A stretch of DNA of 64,000 bases from Mytilus californianus. Lineage: Eukaryota. The stretch is taken from NCBI RefSeq assembly GCF_021869535.1, contig NW_026262734.1:89652001-89716000 (forward strand), read 5' to 3'. Positions 27,322-40,639 of this stretch are shown piece after piece. The translations under genes and the position numbers were made by a program. The notes beneath the pieces are model-generated. The model worked only from the letters and a program-made list of their open reading frames with translations. It did not search any database and had not been told where the DNA came from. Numbering within the stretch: the stretch's first letter is position 1; the number at the start of each line of letters is the position of its first letter.

Positions 27322-27376
27322 TACGCCAGACGCGCGTTTTGTCTACATAAGACTCATCAATGGCGCTCAGATCAAA
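27322..27376 (-). ncRNA. Mutated minimal type I hammerhead ribozyme (PLE-derived), intronic
   Basis: Minus strand reads gagcgcca-TTGATGA-gtc ttatgta gac-AAAA-c gcgc GTC-tggcgt. The stems are intact but two core bases are changed (C>T, G>A). Confidence 0.7.
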
Positions 27377-27402
27377 ATAGTTATAAAGCCAATAAAACAT
27401 AC

Positions 27403-27639
27403 CACAATTAGGAACAGTGCAATATTCCCATCTAGTAGCAGCGTCAGTTGTATAACACCAAGGTCCGAATAGTTCATTATCTGCATTTCGACAATAATTA
27501 TGTTGATCTCCCAATTCTTCTGTTAGATGGTGACTATGTAAATACGTTTCTGACTAATATTGACAGGTGCGTCCTGTGTCTGTTGTACTAACGGTTCCAT
27601 CATAATCGACGCCCAGCTGATTCTCTATACATTCGTTTG
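27403..27639 (-). pseudogene. Kringle domain 1 exon (237 bp) with a Trp>TAG stop
   Basis: ECIENQLGVDYDG...GRTCQY*SE...[24 protein letters not shown]; TAG at 27554-27556. Confidence 0.9.
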
Positions 27640-28592
27640 CTTTATAGGTCAAAATACAATAAGTATATAGCTTATTATTTATAAATGTTTTACAATTTTA
27701 GTTGAATTATTGATATCTGTCAGTGTTTACACATGCTATAAGAATAATATAACATAAGTAGTAATAATATCATGACGTTTGTTCTTAAAATTGCACTTTC
27801 CGCTCCTTATGATCGCCTTTTACCGTTCAAACTATGGTTAAGAATGGTCAATTATCTATAGTAAGTCTTTACAGTGTTGTACATTCCTAAACCATTTTTA
27901 TCTACACCCAAATACCTATATTTGCGGCGTAAGAAGAATGTACTAAGACATGTTATCAGAACAATTTTCTTTGATACGCTTCCAGAAATCTGGAATACAT
28001 AGTCGCCAATAATTCACTACTTTAAAAACATGTAAGAGATATTATTGTTTAGTGCATGCATGTGTTTTGTGAATTAATCACTCGCTGAGCAATGTACAAC
28101 TTTAAAAACGTATCATGACATATGTTGTTCTACAATTTAAATTTCAACACCTTTCAATTGTATAACCATAGTTTATTAGAAGTCTATATCATGATGCGCC
28201 TATTCAGGCCTTTTGAAGCTAAGTTCACTTTGCTATGTTTTTGCTGATAGTAGATGGAACTAAAAAGGCATACTGCGACTTGAAGTGTTTGTCGTTTCAA
28301 TTCAAATCAAGAAAATATAAAAGATAACTTTTAAAAAAACGAATGTTTAACTTTATCATGCTGTGACTTATACTGAAATTTAATTGATTGAAAATTAAAG
28401 TACACAAAGAATTTCCCGAAGGTAAAACCCATGGGTTTATATAAACCAACCAATAGAGAGACACTAAATTTCAATGAAACTACCGAACCGTCAATCAATC
28501 AACATTGACTCATTATATATTTGTTGGGTAAATTCCATTTGGACCTTCTTGTCATTAGCATTTAATATCATGATGCTTGAATAAGATCATAC

Positions 28593-28665
28593 CTGTTACA
28601 TGTAATGCCCAAACACCAAAACACCAGATACCACAGAACAGTACATAGCTAGTCGAACACCTCAT
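28593..28665 (-). pseudogene. Signal-peptide exon
   Basis: MRCSTSYVLFCGIWCFGVWALHVT(G), with a phase-1 gtatga donor that joins the kringle 1 exon in frame. Confidence 0.65.
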
Positions 28666-30457
28666 GATGTTCTACAAAATACATTGAAATGGTTTGTAAT
28701 TATTTCAAAATCAACATTAATTATAGTACAGACTTATTAGAATAGGATCATTGTCTGAAGGTAGCAAACATTTCTCATTTATCGACTTGTATCTTGTATA
28801 AATATTATTTCACAGCGTGTTTGATAAGATATGGTGCGTATCCCTATCAAACAAAAGAGTTATTTATAGGCACTACCATTAGTCGTTCATTTATTTCTGG
28901 TTAATACTTGCACAAAAAAGCCACGTTTGATTTAATTTGATTGACAAGTTTATTTGATAAAAATCTAAACATCCGTAAATATCAGATGAGGGAGAAAGCA
29001 GAAAATAAATTAGCGAAACATACCGAATTCCAAAGAAAATTTTCAAATGTCAAATGCAATACATGAATATAACGTTTTAGATAATCATCTATGTATGATC
29101 GTAACCGTCGGGCTACAAATAAACAGTTTGAAGTTTGTTGTAGGTTAGTAAACGTACACACATAAAAAAAGAATAAATCTGGCATTTTAGTATTAAGTTT
29201 TTAAATTTCAAATTATTTTTTTTCGCTGCTCTACACTAAAGCAACAATTGTTGAAACGGAAGAGTCATGTATAAAATCACAAAAACACCTTGAGAGTGAA
29301 ATTAATACAATATTAGATTTAATTCTTACCTCTGAGAGATTGTTTCCAACTTGATATAACATACATGGTGATATTTTATATATGCTAACTGTCTGCTGAA
29401 TCAGCAAATTATAATACGTTTAACCTTCAATTGTTTAAACGTGGAATCACGTTTGTAACAACGACCAATGTCCATTATTTAAATGATCCAGGGTAATGAT
29501 AATTATAATTATTTATTTCAACATTGTCTATACTGATACACATTTAAGTATGTCTTAGTAAGGTAATAACGTTACCTAGTGAATATTCAAACAGTCGTCG
29601 AAAAAACAAAGCTAAAGAGAAAAGGATGTTTATTTTCTAAGGTTGTTAGCCCATATTTGCCATTTAAAATTGTGTAAAAAAAGATTAAATACAAAAAACG
29701 ACTACAAGGAGAGTTGAAATCGGAAAGTCACTTATCAAATGTCGAAATCAAAATCTCAAACACATAAGAGGATTGGAAAACACCTGTCATATTCCTGACT
29801 GGGAACAGGCATTTCCTTATGTATGAAAAGGTGAATTAAACCTGGCTGTATAGGTAGCCAAACCTTTCACTTGTATAACATTCGTACATCATTCAATTAT
29901 ATTGGACATGCACCCAGAAAATGTGACCATGTTACCGTAATAAATATAAAACTTTAGAGTCTACAAACAAAGTTTTAGATGACATACGATCCAGTATGAT
30001 TCCCATAGATAATAATTGCAATATTGATACATTTTGGCGGTACTTTTTACATGTGGCCCGATTTAAGATCGATATATGAAGATGTGGTATGAGTGCCAAT
30101 GAAAGAGTCTTAATAATAAAGAATATAGTACGAATTCGAAAGAAATTGAGTGAAATTGACCGTACAATACATAAATTCCTCATTTATGCACCAACGTTCA
30201 ATTTCTTTTTTTTTTTTTTGGATTTACATACTTGATAATTTTCTATGGTCATGAACATGATGAACATAATGTAAACAAAAAGCTTCGAAACTTTTATCGC
30301 AGACCATGCGTTTATTAACAGACAATTTTTTATTAATCATGCACTTTTCCTGTTAAATCATGTATACAAATAATTTGTAGTAGTTGTTTATGTAAGAATT
30401 ATCAATTTTAATAATAAACCAGAATACACCAACGTTATCGCGTGTCCGTGACTGAGT

Positions 30458-30904
30458 TACAGTCCTTGGATGGTGTAAACTTCCCACTTACACCATACAC
30501 CATTACATCATTCACCATACACCATTACACCATACACCCTGTGCCATTACACCATACACGTTACACCTTTTACCATACACCTTACACATTACACCATAAT
30601 GCAATTTAATTTCAAAGAAAGAGTGCGACTACAAAATTATTTATTTATTTTAAAAAACGAATTTTGATCACATCATTGTAAATTAAGGTATAAGATTAAA
30701 AACCAGTTCTTATCAATATTTTGCATAGTTCTAAATGTCGTACACCATTCATTCACACCATTCCCGATCACACGTTACACCATTACACCATTCTCCTTAC
30801 ACCATACACCATAGCACCCTACACCTTCTACCATTGCACCATATGCCATACATCATTACACCATATACGTTTTTTAGGGAAGTTTACACCATCCAAAGGC
30901 TGTA
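30458..30904. mobile_element. Tc1/mariner-type MITE (443 bp) with internal (CACCAT/TACAC)n repeats
   Basis: TIRs TA-cagtccttggatggtgtaaacttccc and gggaagtttacaccatccaaaggctg-TA match at 26/28 positions, with a TA target duplication. Confidence 0.85.
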
Positions 30905-33900
30905 AAGTACGTACGACATATTTGTTTTGCCTGGATTTTTAGTATTCGTAATGTCATCTGATAAAGTCATGATGATTATAATGTGCACACTGTTTTGTAA
31001 TTAAAAAGTCTTTCTTTTATAACTCATTCTTACTTTTCTTATTACAACCGGAAACTACATGTGATATTTACTATTTGCATCGGTATGGGATTCGATCCGG
31101 AACTTGTTAATTATTATTAATATTATTTTTGAGTAAAACAAAAGTTATTGTAATTTTTATCAACACCATTGTCCTATATTAGTTATATATAAAGTTGAAT
31201 TATTTTAGTCATCTTTGTAACGTCATGACGTCTAACAAATTGGACCTTGGTATTGTAATAGTATTGATAACATATATAATTCCTTTCAGTTATATAGGTA
31301 GTTAAACAATTCCTGTGTTTTAGTTAACTTTAAAGGTCAGTGATATGCGTTAGAGGAAGCAACTACCTGCTATTAAAGAAAAACTTTTTCTAACCTAATT
31401 GATTGCTTGACTTTTCTAATCCAACACTTTGATTCGAGGACTTCTAATAAGTCAGTTGATAGCAAACTATTGTCTGACATCCAAAATTGTAAACCTTGTA
31501 GCTATGATGAGTTTAAATGATAACACCCTTTTCTTTTAATTTCGATTGAAACTAAATGCTTTATTCAATTTATATATTAATGAAACTTCTTTTAAAACAT
31601 CAGTCTGGATCTGTGTCATTCTGGTCAAACTTTTTAAAATAGACCTCTTCATTTTGTGAAAGGATTAATCTGATAGAGAACTCTAAACGTCGAATAAGAA
31701 AACATTTAGTTTGCAAAATCGACATTAAGTTACTTGTCAATAAATGTTCAACACAAAATAGATATTTTTCTTAACTTTATACAGTTTTAATTTCCGATTT
31801 GAAATGGCAAAGTCTTTATCGAAAATTATTATTTTATCACGAACTAAATACACAGATTCAACTTTGAAACCTGACCATGAACTTCTCATAGTTGTAGAGA
31901 TGAAAAATATATCGCTTTTGAAGGTTTAAAAACCGTTTGTTTAACCAGTTAACAGATATTAGACCAGCTTTATACCTCAAATAGAAATTTGCGAATGTCC
32001 ATTTATTTTCCGAGTGGTATTAATCTCTAATGGAATAAACTCTTACAATACTTACAATACTACCTGCTGCTTTTTTTTGCATTGGGACTTGGTTGGCAGA
32101 TTTGTGATAGTTATAGATTTCATACAAGAGGGAAACTGAGTATCGCCTGATATCGCATATATATTTTTTTTTTTAATTTTAAAAAACGTTGCGTTTTATA
32201 TTCATTTAAGCTACAACTGCATATTTATCTCGGTCATATTACTGCTTGGTGCAAATAAACTGTTATAGTGCCCTCTCACGACGTAATAGTTTTTAATCAA
32301 ATCAAATCAATAGATAAAGTATATGTCAAATATTCTTCAAACCAAGTTAGTGTATTGTATCATAAAAAAACCAACATTCATGTTGTTCTTTGTCATGAAC
32401 AGTGAAATTTTTGTGACAAGTTGCGAACAGTAAAATTAACGAATATGTCATAGAAAACTTCCATCAAAATTGACAGATCAACATATTAAAGATGTTAACA
32501 AGATTAATATGTTGAGCAAAGATTGAAAACTTGACACATTCTTTTGTACAGTTCTCATGGCATATTGTATGGAAAGTATTCTGCTTTGGCATTCTTTTGT
32601 GTGTTTCCAATACTAACGTTGACCAAATCAATTCATCAAATTTAGATTATTTCATGTAATGATTATTTTATAAAAGTCTTTTAAATTTCGCATACTTTTT
32701 TATTTGGAAAACAGGAAATCACCTATGAAAGACAACAACAATGCGTCTTATAAGTAATCGATCTTTGTCAAGAAATTGAAATATAAAAGCAAAATCTTGG
32801 AATATTTTTTTACTGGAATCTTTATAAAATCATGATGAGTATTGTCGGTAAATTGTTTTCAGTTGATATTTGTTTTTTCCTGCCTTTCGTTGTTCTCGGT
32901 GAGTAGATATCAATATATATTACACAGATATATTGATTTAGTCTTTACAATCTGATTACCTATATTATCATACATGTAAAAAATAGTTTCGAATGCTAAA
33001 ACATCTTTTTTTTTTGGAAATTCTCCTTAAAGGGAAATGACTTCCTAATTATACTGCATATGAATAATAAGTGTAAATCGTGTAATTATCATATTAAAGA
33101 ATTAAAACAAATGCTTCCAGATAATTATCTTTTATTTTCAAAAATGGCACATAAACCACTTGGAAGCACCTGCAGACGAAAGGGGTGTGAACAAATGTCT
33201 TTCAATTGAAAAGTTTAGCTAGGTATAAAATAGATTTTACATTGTGTGTTAATTTGTGTTACAACGTTTTTTGATTGAGTTAAGCCATTCCAATTGATAT
33301 TTTATTGTGTGTATTTCTATGCTGTGATGTCACACTATTGTTTCAGATAAGGGAGAAGGTTTGGTACCATTAAAACGTGTAATTCCACTGCAGTTGTTTG
33401 CACCTGTCCAAAGTCAGGAATCTGATTTTCAGTAGTTGTCGTTTGTTTATGTGGTTCATAAGTGTTTCTCGTTTCTCGTTTTTATATAGATTAGACCGTT
33501 GGTTTTCCCGTTTGAATGGTTTTACACTAGTCATTTTTTGGGGCCCTTTATAGCTTGCTGTTCAGTGTGAGCCAAGGCTCCGTGTTGAAGACCGTATCCT
33601 GACGTATAATGGTTTACTTTTTTTGACTTGTGACATACTACATTTTCCTATATCTATTAACCCGCCATTTTCTTCGGAAAAGTTTATACCAGGTCATGAA
33701 TATGTCAGGTGTTTTTCGCTTTTTTCATTGATTGATAGCGTTTAATTTAGTAAGTTTTTATAGACTTCCCATTTTAGAAATTGCCTTGGAGTTCGGTATT
33801 CAAAATTATACCTTTAATATGATGTTGGCATCGTCTTACGACTTGATTGATTTTCCAAACTATTAGAAGTCGTTATCGTATGCTTGTTTCTGAAATTCAA

Positions 33901-35750
33901 CAATTTTAAGTTCTTTGTTAAATGCTTTGTGAAATTTTTTTTTAAAGTTTTTTAAGTCGTTTTACGTTTTGCCAATGTGATATTTACTGTATTCAACTTA
34001 TGTTTATCGCCTTTTTTCTTCATCTTTAAATATAATATTGAAACGTTATCAATAACATTCTGCAAAATGTGTAATTTCAGCAGTTTTAATTCACTGATTT
34101 TAATGAATGATAAATCTTGTGTGTCGCTATATAAACTTTGAAACATGTGCCTAGATTAATAACTATTTAGCAATGACCAGTTTAACTAATACAGAAGATT
34201 CAAGGACATAAAATATTGATTTCTATTATTTTATCTTTTAAACTAACGCCACCGAAAACAACTAGATGAAAAATATATGTTTAAACGCTTCCTCTTGTCA
34301 TTGAGCAAATGTTGTACGTACAATGCACTCTTGATCAGTTTATTCATTATAAAATCATTTAATATATGATTGTTTCAATTATGGGTTCCCTATTTATCTT
34401 TTGATTTCAATTTTTAGTTCTAAAAGCAAACACAATATGTCATCATTATTCAGTCTGTTTTTGCTTTCACAGTAAATTTTTGTTTGTCTATTGGCCATAA
34501 AAGAATCGTTATCATAATCCGTTTAGTTTCTATTTCATTTTACTTGGCTTATGGTTTGTGTTTGTGCATGTTTTAATAAGAAATGTTATTAAACATGTAA
34601 AACTAAATAATACAGAAGGAAAATACTTAGAAAATTGATAACAAAATTTAGAATAAGTGACCACAATTTATTGATAGAAAAGGGAAGATATCTTAAAATA
34701 CCAAGAGACGTAAGATTATGCAAAAACTACGAAAAAAAAATCATTTTTATTTATATTGTGATAGTAACAGTAATAATAGAAAAGCTTTTCGATTTTTAAT
34801 AAATGAGAGTATGCACTATAAATTCAAATGATAAAATTGCATATATACTCAACCCAAGACCACACATTTATGTAAATGCTATGAGCCTTTACAAAACAGT
34901 CTATAGAACTACGAACAGGGACTCTTGAAATATTTAAGTTTATTATGTATATCAATTATCGTGTTGATATTGTTTATTCTTATTTTGTTATTTTGTATCA
35001 CATACTATAAACATATAGTGTTATGGCAATAAAGTTTTGAATTGAATTGAACTAATGTATAGAAAAATGTACTCATCATTGCTAATACGATATATATCTC
35101 ACATGAGGCCATACGGTATGATTTCAATAAGATACGATTTCCTCAAGAAGATTGGTTGGATGATCAATAATTATGTAAATATTAAAAAAAAAAAGAATAA
35201 AAACACACTTTTAAATATCTACTCATAATGAATGAGAACACTGTGTAACATACCAGGCTCATAATTCAGACGTCATACGCCCATTTAGAGAGCAAAATCA
35301 GACAGGATTAATCGATAACGATACAGAAGAGCATTTAAACAAAAAATTCTACAACAAACATTTTCGCAAATCTGACTTAGGGTATATATTTCTTGCGGAG
35401 ATAAGTGGCGTTTCGAATTAATTCAATATTCTATAGATAGGAGGTTTACAGAAAATTACTGTATCAATGATCAAGGCAATGCAGCACTTTTGAACACTGA
35501 CTACTTTGTTGATGATGCTCCCGAGGACGATACGTTTACTGACACTGATATCGACCAAGTCGTTATTATAACACAAAACATGCAATAATAAAAGGTTATA
35601 TCTGAAATCATTGATTTATATTTAGTCACTTTAAAGCATGTAATTTGTATGAAATAATCTATTTACTGTTGATGATCATTAATCAACCTCTGAAGAAAAA
35701 ACCATCAATATTTTTGTCCAATTATTTTAGTTGTTTCTTTCTCATTTAAG

Positions 35751-36212
35751 GTGCAGAAATCTCCGTTTATACCCCAGACAGTAGAGATTACATTATAGTT
35801 CAGAATCTCACCAAATCCATAAGCGACAGATATATACATTTTAAAGTAAAAACTTGTGAACATGCTTATATTGGCTTAATCTCTGGAAACACGGACACTG
35901 ATCCTTTATACGAGATTGTTATCGGCGGTTTTACGAAACTATTTGTTTTTGTTTCGTATATCCGGATGGGAAGAGACAACAATGCGCCAACAGTATATGG
36001 AAACATCTGGTCATATTTGCAATGTTTTAGTTATACTTATTTTGTTATCTCTTGGGATGATATTGCTATCACCGTATTCGTACGTCAAGACGTGAACTGG
36101 CCATGGGATGTGCTTCTCACAGGGACTACTTCTTCTAATTTATGGCCGATCATTAATGTTGGAATTTCCACAATGTATGGTTCAACTGGACAATGGCATT
36201 TCTATACATCAG
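35751..36212 (+). CDS. Exon encoding a FAMeT (Methyltransf_FA, PF12248)-like domain
   Basis: A 462-bp open phase 1-1 exon: VYTPD..DY...HFKVKTCEHAYIGL....DPLYEIVIGG...ISWDD...VGISTMYGSTGQWHF. The family was recognised by eye. Confidence 0.75.
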
Positions 36213-37237
36213 GTATGTAAAGTAATTGTTTTATTGACTTATATTCTAGGTGGTTATATATAATTGATATGCATCCAACAGGAAACATGTTTTAGTTCTA
36301 TGAAACACTAAAATCTGACCTTTTCACAGTCAAAAGAATTATCGTTGATATTCATAAATAGGATAAGCTCAGAACTACACACAAATCAATGACCAATTAT
36401 AGATCACACAAGCTTAAATTGATCGATAAAAATCCCTACACAAATGATTGTTCATTGAGGGGCAGCAGGATTTTCGATATTCCAATCTCATTAATTCATT
36501 TTGAAAATGAATCCAGATTAAAAAAAAAATAATAAGTAGAGGCAATGCATAAACACCAGAATGAACACTACCAACGCAAATACAGCGACGGCTCCTTCTG
36601 CTATGAATATAGAATTAGCCATGCGAGGCCGCACAGAATCAAAATTTCACCATCGGAAAATAAATGCAAAATAAAACTAAAATATTTCGTATGTCCGACT
36701 TATTTTCTTGATTTACCTGAAATGAGAACGCTCAAACTAACGCATTTCAAAACAAGTAATTTTAAGCAAATAGTTCGAAATGTTATGATCTTTATGACCC
36801 AAATGGGCTTCAAAAGAATAGTCAAATCCTGTGTGGCCTTAACGTTTAAAAGATGGGTAATTTAATTTTTCATCAGTGCATATACAGATCAAAGACGTCA
36901 ACAACCTGTCACTATGGGACTGGTTTACATAAATTTTATGATTGTCCTAGCAAATAGCTTTTTATTGCAAGGTCTGCAAAACAACACATTTAACATATAT
37001 CCAAGCTTTTAATAACAATGCTGTTAATTATCTATGTCTGGCTTCAAAGTTATAGTGAAACTAGATCCTATAGGACGTTGTGGATATTGAATACTTTGAA
37101 ATGTATGTACGGTTACCCACAATGTTACAATGATAATAACACATTTGACTTCTCTACACTTCAACGAGTATTTTCCGTTTTGAATTGAAAGACAGATTAA
37201 ACTTCAACTTTGTACTTGTTTGGCTATTATTATTATT

Positions 37238-37290
37238 GATCTGAGCGTCACTGATGAGTGTTATGTAGATGAAACGCGTGTCTAGCGTAT
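37238..37290 (+). ncRNA. Minimal type I hammerhead ribozyme (PLE-derived) with an intact catalytic core, intronic
   Basis: gagcgtca-CTGATGA-gtg ttatgta gat-GAAA-c gcgt GTC-tagcgt. Core and GUC cleavage triplet are present; stems I and II each carry a mismatch. Confidence 0.72.
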
Positions 37291-37309
37291 TTAATTATAA
37301 GCATATATA

Positions 37310-37500
37310 TAAAAAAGAAGATGTGGTATGATTGCCAATGAGACAACTCTCTACAAGAGACCAAATGACACAGAAATTAACAACTATAGGTCACTGTACG
37401 GCCTTCAACAATGAGCAAAGCCCATACCGCATAGTCAGCTATAAAAGGCCCCGAAAAGACAATGTAAAACAATTCAAACGAGAAAACTAACGGCCTAGTT
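37310..37500 (+). repeat. Dispersed host repeat family A (others at ~10165-10290(-), 20828-20940, 24135-24200, 26720-26960, 33480-33620(-), 39970-40100)
   Basis: Shared aagaagatgtggtatgattgccaatgagacaactctc...ggccttcaacaatgagc. Confidence 0.8.
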
Positions 37501-37823
37501 CCTTTGATAACTATTTACAAGAACTAGACAAACTTTGCTACAGATCTGGCTTAATAGCTAGCTAGACCTCTCATTCAGTTGGTAATAGTTCTGTTGAAAA
37601 ATATTTGTTTTATTCTGTTAATGTCCAGTTGTAACCTCTATAAGTACAAAATTGTTCAAGCACATACAAGTGTCACAACAGAGTATTGTATTTTGTTAAC
37701 TCATAATTGAAGTAATGAGCAAAACACCCCCGATAATTAGTTTTGCAAACAGTCTTCTAAGTGGTTCGTTATTATAGCAAATTTATCAGGTTCCAATTGT
37801 TTGTTTATTTTCTTTTTTTGTAG

Positions 37824-38344
37824 ATATACCTACGACATCTGACGAGACAAATGCACTATTGGAAATCACTACAGCTGATTTAACAAGACCTCCACAAATA
37901 ACAACAGCCAATTACCTGTCGACTATAAATGACGGAAAATCGACACGGCCACTAACCTTTACATCAACGGACTTACTGTATGATGAAACAACCGAGTTGC
38001 CCCAGACAACAAGACCTGATAACATGACAACTACATCAACAACCATGACATTGAAATGCATGATTACTCCATCCTCGATGTCCATATCTGAAACAAAACC
38101 ATGCGCAGGAAAATGTAATAGCGCATGTACATGCAATTGTCTTGATGTACCAAAAAAAACAAGCAACAATGTTCTGGTTAATCAATTAAAGATAGATAAG
38201 AAAACATTATCATCATATAAAAGAAGGCTACATAGTGCAACAGATCCTAGGAAATCGTCATTATATATAGGGTGTGTTGGCATAGTTGTATTTTCAGTAA
38301 ATGTTGCTTTTATAGTGCTTCTGGATTTTTTACCGAGAGCCTAA
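37824..38344 (+). CDS. Terminal exon: Thr-rich mucin stalk, Cys cluster, basic juxtamembrane segment and transmembrane helix
   Basis: The tag acceptor at 37821-37823 joins the FAMeT exon in frame. TT-rich stretch, CAGKCNSACTCNC, KKTLSSYKRRLHSATDPRKSS, TM LYIGCVGIVVFSVNVAFIVLL, then stop. Confidence 0.8.
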
Positions 38345-40639
38345 CGTATCAATGCCTAAGTTCATTAAGATTGTGTCAAATTTTACCAGCGGAATGTTAT
38401 GTAAAATATACCTTCAGAAAACCCCTCCGTAGAATTGATTCGACACATATACAAGAATAGCAGATATAAGACTAGATTTAAAGTATATCTTGCTATTTAT
38501 CGTAAATATATTCATCAAAAATATTTTATTCTTTATTTTCGTAATACTTAAATGTACATTATTATTACGTTAATCCAAATATGCACCATTAGATAATTGA
38601 CTACAGGTGTAAACATTGGCAAAAATGGTCATTGCTTTGGTGGTTTTTATAATAACCCTGATATTAAACATGCTAACCATTTTGGGGGTTGTGAGGTTTT
38701 ACAATTTTTATGGCAGTTTGGATGTTGGTGACTAGTGTGCATAAATAAAGGCAACAGTAGTATACCCCTGTTCAATAATCATAAATGGATTATGCAAAAA
38801 CAAATCCGGGTTACAAATTAAAACTGAGGGGAAAATCAACCATTAAAGGAAAACAACAGAACAACAGAAACAATGAACTGCAACTAAAAAAACGCCCAAT
38901 AACATAGAAACTAATTTTCGATAACAGCTGCTGTAATCCTGACTTGGTACACAACTTCAAAATTAAACAGTTTTAAACTTATATATCTTCAGATTTTTTT
39001 TTATTGTGACCTCGTTCCCTTGCAGCTTCCTGAATTCCCAAACAGTGTTGAATATAACGAGTTACCACGCACCCTGGTTATTAACTAACCATTTGTTTGA
39101 TCTTTAGATATACGTTTAGTTATCAAGTAGTTTTGAGTATTCTTCTTCTCTAATTTATATTGCAAAAAGAACAAAGTATTGAATGCGAAAAAGAATAGAT
39201 AGATACAACACGTACAATTACAGAGTAAGGATTGCTTGAAACTGGTAGGACAAGCTCTCATCCCCAATTCTCGAAAACAGAAGTAACACCCTGATCTTCG
39301 AATCATGCTTTCAGCTGTTGTCTCTGTTGTTCCTTTTAAAATTAACTCACTTTTTCGTTTAATTTATATTGTAAGATTATTCATTTCTGTGAAATATTTA
39401 CTAAGGTAGCGCGTAACTTTTGCCTAAATGGTGACTAAAGGAAGATGGTTGAAGTTATTTGAAAACATAAAAGTATATATACACTCTGTTGCCGTGTTCA
39501 ACTCCCACGAACGATATCTAAGTAATGTAAATGTACTGTTTTGTCTTAGATATATGTTTCAATAATCTATATATTCATATACAACAAACAATATATCGTC
39601 GAAAACGCCAGTTTATAAATAGATTCTATCACTGCATCGACTCTGATTCAATATCAATCCACTCAATACAGTTCAGTTTTAATATATATAAGATACGAGG
39701 TTCGCCAAACATTTTAAATATTCAAAAGTCAACTGTCGAGATTGGATAAATATGGTTTTGCACAAGATTTAAGGGTTGAATCTGCTTCTCTAATGATTTT
39801 AAAACAAAATGCAGACAACATCAATCATTTTTTCGAATAATTTCTATCCAAAAAAAAAGTGTTCTGTCTATGTGACGTCATTATTTCTGGTTGTCTTTCT
39901 TCATGACGTCACAATGGGAAATTCTGAGGAAAGCAAGAACATTTGACGTCATAATCGAATGTTGACTATTATAGGTCAAAGTACGGTCTTCAACACGGAG
40001 CCTTGACTCATACCGAACAGCAAGCTATAAAGGGCTAATATATATAAAAAACGAGAAACGAGAAACATTTATGAACCATATCAACAAACGACAACCACTG
40101 AACAACAGGACAGGTGCAAACAAATGCAGCGGGTTTAAACGTTTTGATAGGTACCAACCTTCACCCTTACCTGAAACAATAGTGGGAGTCTGTTTCTTAA
40201 AAACTATAAGCAATAGGTCAACTATATTTAGTGTATTGAATGATTGTAAGGTGTACATGTATTTCTCGTTTGGTTTATATTACCTTTACCCCATTTTCTT
40301 GGATCAAGATTAGTTTTTGGGATATTTGTAATAAAGCTTTATATTTAGGACTATCAACATACTATACATGGTTAGTAAAGAATGCAAGACATTTCAGCGT
40401 GTGCACTCTTGTTTTATGTTGTTACTATTAAAGATATTAAAGATCCTATAGCAAACAGATATGTTAAACTTGCGTCGATGGAATACCCTAGGGTAAATGA
40501 TAGCATTATTGTACATGGTATAATGTTCAGTGACAACCTTTTTGAAGTGACATTTAACCGTATTTTACACCTTAAATTATCTGTTTGTTATTGTTTGTTA
40601 TTGTATTTTACAGTGTATCATACATTTACAAATATAGAT

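Larger units (their letters stand above)
17893..28665 (-). pseudogene. Six-exon signal peptide-kringle-kringle-C-type lectin gene (320 codons if it ends at TAA 17893-17895) with three premature stops
   Basis: Exons 28593-28665, 27403-27639, 22974-23210, 21217-21305, 19079-19181 and 17897-18116 all have GT-AG boundaries and matching phases (1,1,1,0,1). Stops at 27554-27556, 19137-19139 and 19086-19088. Confidence 0.85.

Noticed and set aside
29330-29375. Short ATG-containing exon upstream of the lectin signal peptide
   Set aside because: It is out of phase with the signal-peptide frame; at most a 5' UTR exon.
32551-32620. Possible signal-peptide exon of the FAMeT gene (WHIVWKVFCFGILLCVS)
   Set aside because: No in-frame ATG and no convincing phase-1 donor.
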